A stretch of DNA of 64,000 bases from the human T2T-CHM13v2.0 reference genome, Homo sapiens, in the NCBI RefSeq assembly GCF_009914755.1, contig NC_060948.1; one strand, 5' to 3'. The notes beneath the pieces are model-generated. The model worked only from the letters and a program-made list of their open reading frames with translations. It was not told the DNA's origin and did not search any database. Below, piece by piece: positions 39,096 to 53,769 of this stretch. How positions within the stretch are numbered: the first letter of the stretch is position 1; every line of letters begins with the position of its first letter. The position numbers were made by a program, and so were the translations under genes.

Positions 39096-40224
39096 GATTA
39101 GTCCAGTCATTTCTCTGCATTAAATAAAAGTAGGTGCACTGTCTCTAGAAAGTCACTATCTAAATTACATTGTTACCTGGCAGGGTATGATTTCTTTGTC
39201 ATTGCTCTAGGACATTAACATGAGCTGGATTTTTGTTTTATTTTATTTTAACCTAGAGTAAGACATTCTTACCTCTGCAGGATCAAAGAGTCTCGCTTGG
39301 AGGAGAAAACAATAGTAGAGGGAAATTTAGATGAGGGTCATAAAAAGTTTTCAAATTAAAATTTAGTGTCCAGAATATAGCACTGGGGAAAGTAGCACAT
39401 CTCCGTAGTAAAGACAACTTCTGGTGTGCCCTGCCTCTCTTAAAGTGGAAAAGAAGCTCATGTAACCAGGTATGAGAATGAAGGTCAAAAGTGAGAAAGG
39501 ACAGTATCAAATCCTACATAAATCAGTCTCAGAGAATGTTGACTTGAGTGAACATCAACATGAGATAATGTTTAAGAAAAGGCAGAAGAAATAGGTATGT
39601 ATATGGACTAGAATATTGTGGTAGGGGGAGTGGCATCTAAAGGGCAAGAAGTGTAAGGGCAAACTTTCCTAATTTCCTTAGGTTTATTGCTGCATCCACA
39701 GTCTATAGGTGAATAATGAGGATATGTTGATTTCAACCTTCCTGAGGGCAGAAGCTATAGTGTAGGTCTATAGAATCTTCCATAAAACCTTGAATAGCTC
39801 TAGGCATAATGATGGCTTATTAATTAATTGTACAAAATAAAGTTATACTTAGGAGACCCATCAGTTTGTTAGTAGGGCAGAAATACATGTTTCTCTCTTT
39901 TTTCATTATACTTGCTAGACTATTTTTAGAGCAGCTTTAGATTTATAGAAAAATGAAGCAGAGAGTATCTGTATACCTCCCCATTCCCTGACTTGCACAA
40001 TTCCATTATTGATATTTTACATTAGTATGGCACATTTTTTGATTAATGAATTAACTACATTCCATATTTTATTCAGATTTCCTTAGTGTTTACCTAATGG
40101 CCTTTTTGTACTTCAAGATTCCATTCAGGATACCACATTAGCTTTGATTGTCATGTATCCTTAGGTTACTCTTGGCTTTAACGTTGTCTCAGACTTTATT
40201 TTTTATTACTTTGATAGGAGCACT

Positions 40225-40929
<705 letters not shown>

Positions 40930-40930
<1 letters not shown>

Positions 40931-41444
40931 TAGTTAACTTATTTGGCTAATAGATGCCAGATAGCTGGTAAACATTATTTCTGGCCATGTCTATAAAGGT
41001 ATTTCTGGAAGACATTATCATTTGAATCAGTACACTATGTAAAAAAAAAAAAAAAAAAAGATTACCCTCACCAATGTGAGCAGGCCTCATTCAATTCAGT
41101 GAGGGCCTACAAAGAACAACAACAACAAAAAAAATGGAGATAGGTCAAATTTACTGTTCAGGAGCTGGGATATCCATCTTCTTCTGCCTATGGATATCAG
41201 TGCCCTGGTTCTCAGGTATTCCCACTCAGACTGAAGGTACACTATGAGCTCTCTTGGTTTTCAGGCCTTTGGACTTGAATTGGAACTATACCACTGGCTT
41301 TCCTAGGCCTCCAGACTGCAGATGGCAGATCACAGGACTTCTTATCCCCCATAAACACATGACCCATTCTTTCAGAATAAATCTCTTTCTACACATCTCT
41401 CTTTATATCCTATTGGATCTGCGTCTCTGGAGAACTCTAGTACA
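40930..41444 (+). mobile_element. MLT2B-like ERVL LTR
   Basis: 'ccagatagctggtaaacattatttctgg...cagatggcagatcacaggacttc...atcctattggatctg..tctctggagaac'. Confidence 0.75.
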
Positions 41445-42501
41445 AATATTTGCATATATTTTTCCTTACCACTGGTCAGGATGTTCCCCTATTAGAATAT
41501 GCCTGATGTTTTATTCCCCATGATTCTATTTTCATGATTAGATTGATGATACGGGTTTAGGAGAGAAAGATCACAAAGTGGAATTTTTCTTATATTAGAT
41601 CTAGGTATATACTTGATTTATGAGTAATTATGTTGATCTTGATTATCTAGCTGAAGTATTAGTTTTAAGGTTTCTCCACTTTACAAGTAATTTTATTTCC
41701 TTAAGATATAGTACACTCTAGAGGAAAGTAACTATATGCAGTCCACTTTTAAGGAATGGGAAGTTATCTTCCACTTCCTTTAGAGTGCAGTGTTTACATA
41801 AATCATCTGGATTCCAAGATGGAAGATTTACCTCTTTCCCCAAATTTTAATTTATTCAATAATTCATTTATTTCTGTTTGAACTCATAGGTATTTATTTT
41901 AGACTTTGTATTATACTACAGTACTATTTTAGTTATTCTATTGATTAAATTGTGCCAGGTTTGGCTACTTAGAGCTTTGTCATTTGACTTCTGTATCCCT
42001 TTGACATAACTCCATCAATGTTACCTTGTTTTTGAACACGCCCATATTTTCTGGCACTACTAGAATCTTCAGGCTCATCTTCTATATTTCCTACTGCAAT
42101 CCTAGTATCAGCCATTTCTCAAAGAAGTCCTGCATCTTTTGAAGAGAGAATGGAACCAAGAGCTAGGCCCTAGCTGTCTTGTTGCTACTAGGATTATATC
42201 TTTTAGGCACTCTGCTGACAGAGCAAAGAACTATTTATGTGTATACTAACCTATTTATATACACATATGTATAAATATGTCTCTATTTTACCATCTGTCT
42301 CTACATTTAGTTAAACATGTTTATTTCCTGATGCATCCAACTCTAATGCATTACCATATGGATTATTTCAGCCTGTTCTTGTTTTCCTATAACTTTCCAG
42401 TACAAAAGCACAACCTGACTCCCACCATCTGCTACACATTTATGTAACTGTTCAATTTTAATATACATATATAGCAGTATCAGAATTGTTGACTGACACC
42501 C

Positions 42502-44885
42502 TGATATGGTTTTAATGTGTTCTCACCAAATCTCATGTTAAATTGTAATCTCCAATGTTGGAGGTGGGCCTGGTTGGAGGCGATTACATCATGGGAGCAG
42601 GTTTCTTGTGAATGGTTTAGCATCATCCACCTTGGTATTGTCTTGGTATAGTGAGTTCTCATGACATCTGCTGGTATAAAGTGTGTAGCACCTCCCCCTT
42701 CTCTCTCTTGCTCCTGCTCCCACCATGTAGGATGCCTCATACCCCCTTCACATTCTGTTTATGATTGTAAGTTCCCTGAAGCTTCCCCAGAAGCTGATGT
42801 TGCTATGCTTCTTGTATAGCCTGCAAAACCATGAGCCAACTAAACCTCTTTTCCTTATAAATTACCCAGTCTCAGGTATTTCTTTATAGCAATGTGAGGA
42901 AAAAACTGATACAGAATATTGGTACCAAGAGTGGTATATTACTATAAAGGTAGCTAAAAATGTGGAAGCTACTTTGGAACTGGGTAACAGGTAGAGGTTG
43001 AAAGAGTGTGTAGAGCTCAGAAGAAGACAGGAAGATGAGGGAAAGTTTGGAACTTCCTAGAGACTTGTCGAATGGCTTTGACCAAAATGCTGATAGTGAT
43101 AGGGGCAATAAAGACCACGCTGAGGTGGTCTCAGATGAAGATGAGAAACTTATTGGGAACTGGAGCAAAGGTCACATTTGTTATGCTTTAGCAAAGAACA
43201 TGGAGGCATTGTGCCCCTTGCCCTAGGGATTTGTGGAACTTGTGAGTGATGATTTAGAGTATCTGGTGGAAGAAATTTCTTAGTAGCAAAGTGGTCAAGA
43301 TGTTCTCTGGCTGATTCTATCAGCCTATGTTCATATGCATGAACAAAGAAATGACCTGAAACTGGAACTTATATTTAAAAGGGAAGCAGAGTGTAAGTTT
43401 AAAAAATTTTCAGCTTGGACGTGTAGTAGAAAAGAAAAACTCATTTTCAGGGAAGCATTTCAGGCAGGCTTCAGAAATTCATATATGTCAAATGGAGGCC
43501 AGTGCTGATAGCCAAGACAAAAAAAAAAAGGCCTTCATGGCATTTTAGAGATCTTCATGGCAGCCTCTCCCATCACAAGCCCCAGGGTCTAGGAGAAAAT
43601 AATGGTTTTGTAGACCAGGCCGTGGGCCCTGCTACCCTGCACAGTCTCAGGACACTGATCCCTGCATCCTAGTCACTCCAGCTCCAGCTGTGCCTCAAAG
43701 GGGCCAAGGTACAGCTCAAGATACTACTTCAGAGGGTGCAAGCCATAATCCTTGGCAGCTTCCAAGTGGTGTTAATCCTGTGGTGCACAGAGTGCAAGAG
43801 TTGAGGCTTGGGAGCCTCTGCCTAGATTTCAGAACATGTATTGAAAAGCCTGGATGTCCAGGCAGAATCCTGTTGCAGGGGCAGGGCCCTCATGGAGAAC
43901 ATCTACTAGGAAATTGTTGAGGGGAAATGTGGGGTTGGAGTTCCCACACAGAGTTTCTACTTGGGCACTCCCTAGTGGAGCTGTGAGAAAAGGGTCACCA
44001 TCTTCCAGAACCCAGAATGGTAGAGCCACTGAAAGGTGCACCATGCACCTGGAAAAGCCACAGGAATTCAACACCAGCCCATGAGAGCAGCCGTGGGGAA
44101 TGAACCCTGAAAATCCAAGGGAGCAGACCTGTCCAAGACTGTGGGAGCCAACCCCTTGCATCAGAGTGGCCTGGACATGAAACTTGGATTCAAAGGAGAT
44201 AATTTTGGAACTTTAAAATTTAACAGCTGCCCTGCTGGGTTTTGGACTTGCATAGGGCCTGAAGTCCCCCCCACCTTTTTTTTGGCTGATTTCTCATTTT
44301 TTGAATGAAAGTATTTACCTTGTGCCTATACCTCCATTGTATCTTGGAAGTAACTAACATTTTTTTATTGTACAAGCTCATAGGTGGAAGGGACTTCTAA
44401 CCTTGTCTTAAATGAGAACTTGGACTTTAGAATTTTGAGTTAGTTCTGGAGTGAGTTAAGACTTTGGGAGACTGTTGGGAAGGCATGAGTGTAGTTTACA
44501 ATCTGAGAAGGAAACAAGATTTGGAGGGCAAAAGGCAGAACATTATGGTTTGAATCAGTGTCCCTACCAAATATTATATTGAATTGTAATCCCCATTGTT
44601 GGAGGAGGGACTGGTGGGAGGTGATTAGAACATGGGGGCAGATTTCTCAAGAATGGCTTAGCACCATCCCCCTTAGTATTGTCTTAGTGATACTGAGTGA
44701 GTTATCCTGATATCTGGCTGTTTAAAAGTATGTAGCACCCCCTACTCCTTGCTCCTGCTCCCATGATGTGAGATGCCTTGCTTACCCTTTGCCTTCCACC
44801 ATGGTTGTAAGTTCCCTGAGGCCTCCCCAGAAGCTGATTTTGCTATGCTTTCTGTACAGCCTGCAGAACCATGAACAAACTAAAC

Positions 44886-44921
<36 letters not shown>

Positions 44922-45002
44922 TATATATATATAATTGTATATATAATTGTAAGGTCTCTGATATATGTTATATATATACACATATATATTATATATATAA
45001 AT

Positions 45003-45035
<33 letters not shown>

Positions 45036-45092
45036 CACCTATTACCCAGTGGCAGGTATTTCTTTTTAGCAATGTGAGAATGGACTAATACA
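42502..45092 (+). mobile_element. MSTA-type MaLR provirus: 5'LTR 42502-42912, internal 42913-44540, 3'LTR 44541-45092
   Basis: Two homologous LTRs (TGATATGG.../...ACTAATACA) flanking MaLR internal sequence 'tggaagctactttggaactgggtaacagg'. Confidence 0.88.
44885..45036. repeat. Compound (TA)n/(CA)n microsatellite in the 3' LTR
   Basis: Directly visible; absent from the 5' LTR. Confidence 0.92.
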
Positions 45093-45945
45093 CAATCCTA
45101 TGACTATTAACATGGTTAACAAGAGTACAGTGCTTACGGGCAAGTCCTTTTTCTTATTTAGCTTTGCATTCTCTATTCATTTTCTAAGTAACTTAGGTCA
45201 GTACCTTATTCCTCTACCCTCTTCAATGAGGCTGTTTCAGACATTGATAATACAGTTAGATCTTGTTACAGTCTGCATTCTTTCCCGGATCTTCTGACCC
45301 TCTTAATTATTTTTATATATGCATACATTTAAGGTTTACTCTATATAGTATAAAGTTCAATGGGTTTGACAAAGACATAATGGCATGTGTCCACTATTAC
45401 AGTATCACACTAATTAATTTAACTGCTCTAAAATTTTGCTTTTTTCCACCTTTACCTTCTCTACCTTCCTCACAAAACCCCTGCCAACCATAAACGTTTT
45501 TACTGTCTTTATAGTTTTGCTTTTTAAAAAATGTCACATAATTGGAATTTTAAAGTATACAGCATTTTCAGACTGACTTATTTTATACTATACTATCCTT
45601 TTAAGATCTATTCATGTCTTTTGGTTGCTTTATAGTTAATTTATTTTATTTTTTGCCAAATAATACTTCAACCTATAGATGTATTATAGTCTGTTTATGC
45701 ATTCATATCTTGAAGAAAATATTGTTTGTTTCTCATTTTTGGCAATTATATATGAAGCTTCTATAAACATTTTTTGCACATTTTTGTAAGGACATAAGTT
45801 TTCAACTCAGTTGCATAAATATCTAAGAGCACAATTGCTAGATCATGTGGTGTAATTATCTTTAGACTATTAAGAAACTGCCACGATGTCTTCCAAACTA
45901 GCTGAACCATTTTGCATTCCCACCAGCAATTATTAAGAATTCCCA

Positions 45946-46796
45946 GTGGGCAAAGGATATGAACAGACACTTCTCAAAGGAAGTCATTTATGCAACCAAC
46001 ATACATATGCAAAAATGCTCATCATCACTGGTCATTAGAGCAATGCAAATCAAAACCACAATGAGATACCACCTCATGCCAGTTAGAATGGCGATCATTA
46101 AAAAGTCAGGAAACAACAGATGTTGGAGAGGATGTAGAGAAATACGAACACTTTCACACTGTTGGTGGGAGTGTAAATTAATTCCACCATTGTGGAAGAC
46201 AGTGTGGTGATTCCTCAAGGATCTAGAACTAGAAATACCATTTGACCCAGCAATCTCATTACTGGGTATATACCCAAAGGATTATAAATCATTCTACGAT
46301 AAAGACACATGCACACATATGTTCATTGCAGCACTATTCACAATAGCAAAGACTTGGAACCAGCCCAAATATCCATCAATGATAGACTGGATTAAGAAAA
46401 TATGGCACATATACACCATGGACCATGGAATACTATGCAGCCATAAAAAAGGATGAGTTCATGTCCTTTGCAGGGACATGGGTGAAGCTGGAAACCATCA
46501 TTCTCAACAAACTAACACAAGGACAGAAAACCAAACACCACATGTTCTCACTCTTAAATTGGAGTTGAACAATGAGAACACATGGACACAGGGCGGGGAA
46601 CATCACACACCAGGGCCTGTCAGGGGGTAGGCGGCTGGGGGAAGGATAGCATTAGGATAAATACCTAATGTAAATGATGAGTTGATGTGTGCAGCAAACC
46701 ACCATGGCACATGTATACCTATGTAACAAACCTGCACGTTGTGCACATTGTACCCTAGAACTTAAAGTATAATTTAAAAAAAAAAGAAAACAAAAG
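45946..46796 (+). mobile_element. 5'-truncated L1PA (PA6/PA7-like) 3' end
   Basis: ORF2 C-terminal remnant (45959-46210), L1PA 3'UTR, poly-A; TSD GAATTCCCA. Confidence 0.92.
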
Positions 46797-46817
46797 GAAT
46801 TCCCATTGCTCCATATT

Positions 46818-47201
46818 TGTTTTAGTCTATTTGTGGAACTACAACAAAATACCTGAGACTGGGTAAGTAATTTATAAATAATAATGTATTTTCTCACAGT
46901 TCTGAAGGCTAAGTCCAAAATCAAGGCACTGGCAGGTTAGGTGTCTGGAAAGGGCCCTTGTCTCTGCATCTGTTATAGTGCCTTGTACAGTGTGTTTTCA
47001 CAAGGCAGAAGGTATGGCTGGGCAAAAAAAAGGGGCCACACTGTCTATGTGAAGTCTATTTTAAAGAACACTAATCCCATCTGTGAAGGCAGATCCCTCA
47101 TGGCCTAATAACATCCTAAAGGCCCCACCTTTTAATACTGTTACACTGGAAATTAAGTTTCAACATGAATCTTGAGGGATACAAACTTTCAAACCATAGC
47201 A
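46818..47201 (-). mobile_element. MST/MLT1A-type MaLR solo LTR
   Basis: 'tgttttagtc...aatacctgagactgggtaa...tttcaacatgaat...tcaaaccatagca'. Confidence 0.75.
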
Positions 47202-48037
47202 ACATCCTTGCCAACATTTTGTATAGTCAGTTTTATAATTTTAGCTATTTTAATAAGTGTATAGTGGTATCCCATTCTTTTAATTTGCAATTACCTAATT
47301 ACATATGACTTGAACATCTTTTCACTTGCTTATTTACCATCTTCTTTCATGGCATGTTTGCACAGTATTTTGCCTATTTACTAATTGAGTTGCTTGTTTC
47401 TTATTGTTCAGTTACAAGAATTCTTTGTATATTTTTGGCACATGTCCTTTATTAGATATATTGTTTTTCTAGTATTTAACTTCTCCTTTCAATGTCTGAA
47501 GAGCATAAATTATGCAGCAGATATTTTAAATTTTAATAAAGTCTAGTTTATCAATTTTTCTTTCATGAATTCTGCTTTTGGTGTTGTAGCTAAAAAAATC
47601 ATCCAAAACCAAAGGCCATCTATATTTTCTCTTGTTTTCTTCTATCAGTTTTATAGTTTTGCATTTTACCTTTAGGTCTGACTCATTTTGAGTAAATTTT
47701 TGTGAAAGGCATAAAGACTGTGCCTAAATTACTTTTTTTTCTTACATAATGTATTTCCAATTATTCCAGGACCATTTGTTGACAAATTATTCTCTCTCCA
47801 TTAAATTTCCTTTGTTTTTTCTTTGTTTTTTTTTTTTTTTTGACAAAGACCCATTGACTATATTTCTATGGGTGTATTTCTGAATTCTCTATTATGTCCC
47901 ATTAATCTATATGCCTATTCTTTTACCAATGAAATGTCTCAATTACAGTATCTTTATACTGTGCCTGAAGTTAGGTATGTCATACCTGCAAATTTTTTTT
48001 CTTTTTCTTCAGGATTTTGTTGGCTATTAAGAGTCCT

Positions 48038-48335
48038 GGCTGGGCACCGTGGCTCACACCTCTAATCCCAGCACTTTGTGAGTCTGAGGTGGGTGGATCA
48101 CCTGAGGTTAGGAGTTTGAGACCAACCTGGCCAACATCGTGAAGCCTCAACTCTACTAAAAATACAAAAATTAGCCGGGCATGGCCACACACACCTGTAG
48201 TCCCAGCTACTCAGGAGGCTGAGGCAGGAAAGTCACTTGAACCCAGGAAGCAGAAGTTGCAGTGAGCCATGATTGAGCCACTGCACTCCAGCCAGGGCAA
48301 CGGAGCAAGACTCCATCTCCAAAACAAACAAACAA
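48038..48335 (+). mobile_element. AluS
   Basis: Full Alu; TSD AAGAGTCCT. Confidence 0.95.
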
Positions 48336-49261
48336 AAGAGTCCTTTGCCATCTCGTAAAAACTTTAATATTAATTTTTCAAAAACCACAAAATATCTTCC
48401 TGAAATTTTGTTTCACGTTGTTGTCAATTTGGGAAAAATTCACATCTTAACAATGTTGAGTTTTCTAATCCATAAATATGAAATATCTCTTCATTTATTT
48501 ATATCTGTGATTTTTTTCATTAGAGTTTTGTCGTTTTCTGTGTACAAGTACTATACATATTTTATTAAATATACACCTAGGTGTTTTTGCATTGTTTTTA
48601 AGTTATAAAGCTAATTATATTTTTTACATATAATTCCAAGTGTTCATTTCTGTTAAAAAAATTACATTTTTTTGTTTTGTTTTTCAAATTTTATTTTAGA
48701 TTCAGGTGGTACACAAAAGGTTTTGTTACCTTGGTATATTACGTCATGCTGAGAGGTTTACGGTATGAAAGATCCTATCACCCAGGCACTGAGAAGACTA
48801 CCCAACAGTTTTTCAACCATTGTCCCTTGCAGTAGTCCCCAGTGTCTATTGTTGCCATCTTAATGCTCATGAGTACCCAATGTTTAGCCTCACCTGTGTG
48901 TGAGATAATGCGGTATTTGATTTTCTGTTCTTGTGCTAATTAGCTTATGATAATGGCCTCCAGCTGCATCCATGTCCATCATTTTTACGGCTATATTGTA
49001 TTCCATGGTGTATATGTACCACATTTTCTTTATCCAATCCACTGTTAGAGGACACCTAGGTTGATCACATGTCTTTGCTATTGTGAATAATGCTGTGATA
49101 AACATACACTTGCATGTGTCTTTTTGATAGAATTATTTGTTTTCTTTTGGATATATATCCAGTAATGGGATTGCTGGGTCAAACTGTAGCAAGTTCTTTG
49201 ACAAATCTCCATACTGTTCTCCAAAGAGTCTGAACTAATATACATTCCCACAAATGATGTG

Positions 49262-51966
49262 TGTAATGGTTAATATTAGGTATCAACTTGACTAGATTGA
49301 AGAATTCCTAGATAGCTGGTAAGGTATTGCTTCTGGGTGTGTCTGTGGGGATGTTGCCAGAGGAGACTGACATATGAGTAAGTGGACTGGGAGAGGAAGA
49401 CTCACCCAAAATGTGGTGGTCACCATCCAATAGGCTGCCAGCATGACGAGAAAAGAGTGGGCAGAAGAAAGTGGAATGTAAATTGGCTTTCTGAGTCTTC
49501 TGGCTTTCATCTTTCTCCTGTGCTGTATGCTTACTTCTGTTTCTCCTTCCCTCAGACGTCAGACTCCAGATTCTTCAGCCTTTGTACTCTTGGACTTACA
49601 CCAGTGGTTTGCCCGGAACTCTTGGGCCTTCAACCCCAAACTAAAGGCTGCACTGTCAGCTTCTCTGCTTTTGAGGCTTTTGATCTTGGACTGAGCCACT
49701 ACTGGGTTCTTTCTTCTGCAGATTGCAGATGGCCTTTCTGGAACTTCACCTTGTGATCATATGAACCAATTCTCCCTAATAAACTCCCTTTCTTTTTATT
49801 TTTATTATTATACTTTAAGTTCTAGGGTACATGTGCACAATGTGCACGTTTGTTATATATGTATACATGTGCCATGTTGGTGTGCTGCACCCATTAGCTG
49901 GTCATTTACATTAGGTATACCTCCTAATGCTTTCCCTCCCCCCTCCCCCCACCCCACAACAGGCCCCATTGTGTGATGTTCCCCTCCCTGTGTCCAAGTG
50001 TTCTCATTGTTCAATTCCCACCTATGAGAACATATGGTGTTTGGTTTTCTGCCCTTGCAATAGTTTGCTAAGAGTGATGGTTTCCAGCTTCGTCCATGTC
50101 CCTACAAAGGACATGAACTCATCGTTTTTTATGGCTGCATAGTATTCCATAGTGTATATGTGCCACATTTTCTTAATCCAGTCTATCATTGATGGGCATT
50201 TAGGTTGGTTCCAAGTCTTTGCTATTGTGAATAGTGCTGCAATAAACATACATGTGCATGTGTCTTTATAGCAGCATGATTTATAATCCTTTGGGTATAT
50301 ACCCAGTAATGGGATGGCTGGGTCAAATGGTATTTCTAGTTCTAGATCCCTGAGGAATCACCACACTGACTTCCACAATGGTTGAACTAGTTTACACTCC
50401 CACCAACAGTGTAAAAGTGTTCCTATTTCTTCACATCCTCTCCAGCACCTGTTGTTTCCTAACTTTTTAATGATTGCCATTCTAACTGGTGTGAGATGGT
50501 ATCCCATTGTGGTTTTAATTTGCATTTCTCTGATGGCCAGTGATGATGAGCATTTTTTCATGTGTCTGTTGGCATAAATGTCTTCTTTTGAGAAGTGTCT
50601 GTTCATATCCTTTGCCCACTTTGTGATGGGGTTGATTTTTTCTTGTAAATTTGTTTGTGTTCTTTGTAGATTCTGGATATTATCCCTTTGTCAGATGAGT
50701 AGATTGCAAACATTTTCTCCCATTCTGTAGGTTGCCTGACCACTCTGATGGTAGTTTCTTTTGCTGTGCAGAAGCTCTTTGGTTTAATTAGATCCCATTT
50801 GTCAATTTTGGTTTTTGTTGCCATTGCTTTTGGTGTTTTAGACATGAAGTCCTTGCCCATGCCTATGTCCTGAATGGTAATGCCTAGGTTTTCTTCTAGA
50901 ATTTTTATAGTTTTAGGTCTGATATTTAAGTCTTTAATCCATCTTGAATTAATTTTTGTATAAGGTGTAAGAAAGGGATCCAGTTTCAGCTTTCTACATA
51001 TGGCTAGTCAGTTTTCTCAGCACCATTTATTAAATAGGGAATCCTTTCCCCATTTCTTGTTTTTGTCAGGTTTGTCAAAGATCAGATGGTTGTAGATGTG
51101 TGGTATTATTTCTGAGGGTTCTGTTCTGTTCCATTGGTCTATCTCTCTGTTTTGGTACCAGTACCATGCTGTTTTGGTTACTGTAACCTTATAGTATAGT
51201 TTGAAGTCAGGTAGTGTGATGCCTCCAGCTTTGTTCTTTTGGTTTAGGATTGTCTTGGCAATGCGGGCTCTTTTTTGGTTCCATATGAACTTTAGAGTAG
51301 TTTTTTCCAATTCTGTGAAGAAAGTCCTTGGTAGCTTGATGGGGATGGCATTGAATCTATAAATTACCTTGGGCATTATGGCCATTTTCAAGATATTGGT
51401 TCTTCCTATCCATGAGCATGGAATGTTTTTCCATTTGTTTGTGTCCTCTTTTATTTCATTGAGCAGTGTTTTGTAGTTCTCCTTGAATAGGCCCTTCACA
51501 TCCCCTGTAAGTTGGATTCCTAGGTATTTTATTCTCTTTGAAGCAATTGTGAATGCGAGTTCACTCATGATTTGGCTCTCTGTTTTTCTGTTATTGTATA
51601 GGAATGCTTGTGATTTTTGCACGTTGATTTTGTACCCTCAGACAATATCATACTGAATGGGCAAAAACTGGAAGCATTCCCTTTGAAAACTGGCACAAGA
51701 CAGGGATGCCCTCTCTCACCACACCTATTCAACATAGTGTTGGAAGTTCTGGCCAGGACAATCAGGCAGGAGAAAGAAATAAAGGGTATTCAATTAGGAA
51801 AAGAGGAAGTCAAATTGTCCCTGTTTGCAGATGACATAATTGTATATTTAGAAAACCCCATCATCTCAGCCCAAAATCTCCTTAAGCTGATAAGCAACAT
51901 AAACTCCCTTTCATATATACATATATCCTATTAGTTCTGTCCCTCTAGAGAACCCTAACGAATACA
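49262..51966 (+). mobile_element. MLT2A ERVL LTR split by a younger L1PA (49262-49792 and 51899-51966)
   Basis: 'tgtaatggttaatattaggtatcaacttg' start; 'cctattagttctgtccctctagagaaccctaacgaataca' end. Confidence 0.85.
49793..51898 (-). mobile_element. L1PA4/5-like LINE-1, 5'-truncated with 5' inversion (~51640-51898)
   Basis: ORF2 remnants 51017-51622(-) and 51617-51934(+, RT 'LSLFADD'); 14-bp TSD ATAAACTCCCTTTC at 49779-49792 and 51899-51912. Confidence 0.95.
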
Positions 51967-53769
51967 GTGTGTAAGCATTCCCTTTCTCAGCAGCCTCACC
52001 AACAACTGTTTTTTTTTTTTTTTTTATTTTTAATAAGAGACATTCTGACTGGTGTTTAAAAGTACCTTATTGTTGTTATGATTTGTATTTCTCTGATGAT
52101 TAGTGATGTTGACCATTCATTTATATGTGTGTTGACCACTTGTATGTCTTCTTTTGAGAAGTTTCTCTTTATGTCTTTTATCCATTTTTTAATGGGGTTA
52201 TTTATTCTTTGCCTGTTCAATTGTTTAAGTTACTTATAGACTTTGGATATTAGACCTTTGTCAGATGCATAGTTTGTAAATATTTTCTCCCATTCTGTAG
52301 GTTGTCTCTTTACTCTGTTTATAGTTTCTTTTGCTGTGCGTAAGCTCTTTAATTAGGTTCTACTTGTCCATTTTTTGGTTTTGTTGCATTTGCTTTTGAG
52401 GACTTAGTCATAAATTCTTTCCCAAGACTGATATCCAGAATGGTGTTTCCTAGGTTTTGCTTTAGGATTCTTATACTTTGAGGTATTACATTTAAATCTT
52501 TCATGCATCTTGAGTTTATTTTTGTATGTGGTGAATTGTAGGAGTCCAGTTTAATTCTTTTGCATATGCCTTGTAGCTATCCCAGCCCTATTTATTGAAC
52601 AAGGAGTCCTTTCCTCATTGATTATTTTTATTGACTGCTGAAGATGAGATAAATGTAGGTGTGAAGCTTTATTTATGGGTTATATATTATCTTCCATTGT
52701 TCTAGGTGTCTGCTTTGTACCAGAACCATGGTATTTTGGTTACTGTTGACTTATAGTATAGTTTGAAGTTGGGTGATGTGATGCCTCTGGATTTGATCTT
52801 TTTCCACATGAATGCTTTGGCTATCTGGGCTGTTTTTTGTTTCTCTGTGAATCTTAGAATAGTTTTTACGAATTCTGTGAAAAAAAAATTATGTTGGTAG
52901 TTTGATAGGAACAGTGTTGAATCTGTAGTTGCTTTGGACAGTATGGGCATTTTAATGGCATTAATTCTTCCAATCCAGGAACATAGAAGTCTTTTCCATT
53001 TGTTTATGTCACCTATGATTTCTTTTAGCAGTGTTTTTTTTTATTTGTGTGTGTTTGTGTTTGTGTGTGTGTGGAAATTTTTAACCTTATTAGTTAGATG
53101 TATTCCTAGGCATCAAATTTTGTATATTAACAGTATATTTTGTGACAATGTTATCATTGCTTATATCTTCTTAGGAGTTATTGTCAATTATTTGTGATTA
53201 GTAGACTGACTTTACTTTGTAAAAAATATTGTTAATTTATCTCTTCTTTTTCTTGGCTAGACTTGCTAGAGGTTAAAAGATTGTACTATCTTTTCAAAAA
53301 CCAGATTTGGTTTTTCCTTTTTTTCTGTATTATTTTTGCTTTTAATTTTGTTGATTATTGACTTTAAGTCATTTATTATTTTACTTTCTTTAGGCTATCT
53401 TTGTCACTTTATTATTATATGAGATGAACTTTGGTTACCGATTTCAGAGATTTGTTCTTTTCTAATTTCTGCATTTAATTCTATACATTTTCCACTCTTC
53501 ACTGCCTTTGCTGCCTTCCACAAATTTTTATAAGTTGTATTTTTCTTTGATTTAGTTGACAATATATTTTTTAATTTATCTTGAGTGTTTTTCTTTGATA
53601 CATTTGTTATTTAAAAGTTTAGTGCCTAATCTTGAAATATTTTAAAAGTTTTCAGCTATCTTTCTCCTATTGATTTAAATGTTAATTCCATTGTGGTCCA
53701 AGGACATACATTATATGATTTTTTTCTTTTAAATTTATTAAGATAACATGATATTAGAAAAAAAAAAGC

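Larger units (their letters stand above)
48668..53112 (-). mobile_element. L1PA15/16-like 5'-truncated LINE-1, interrupted by MLT2A
   Basis: Antisense 3'UTR and ORF2 remnants (48890-49105, 52702-52950). Confidence 0.75.

Noticed and set aside
51017-51622. 201-aa ORF as functional gene
   Set aside because: Fragment of a truncated, frameshifted L1 ORF2
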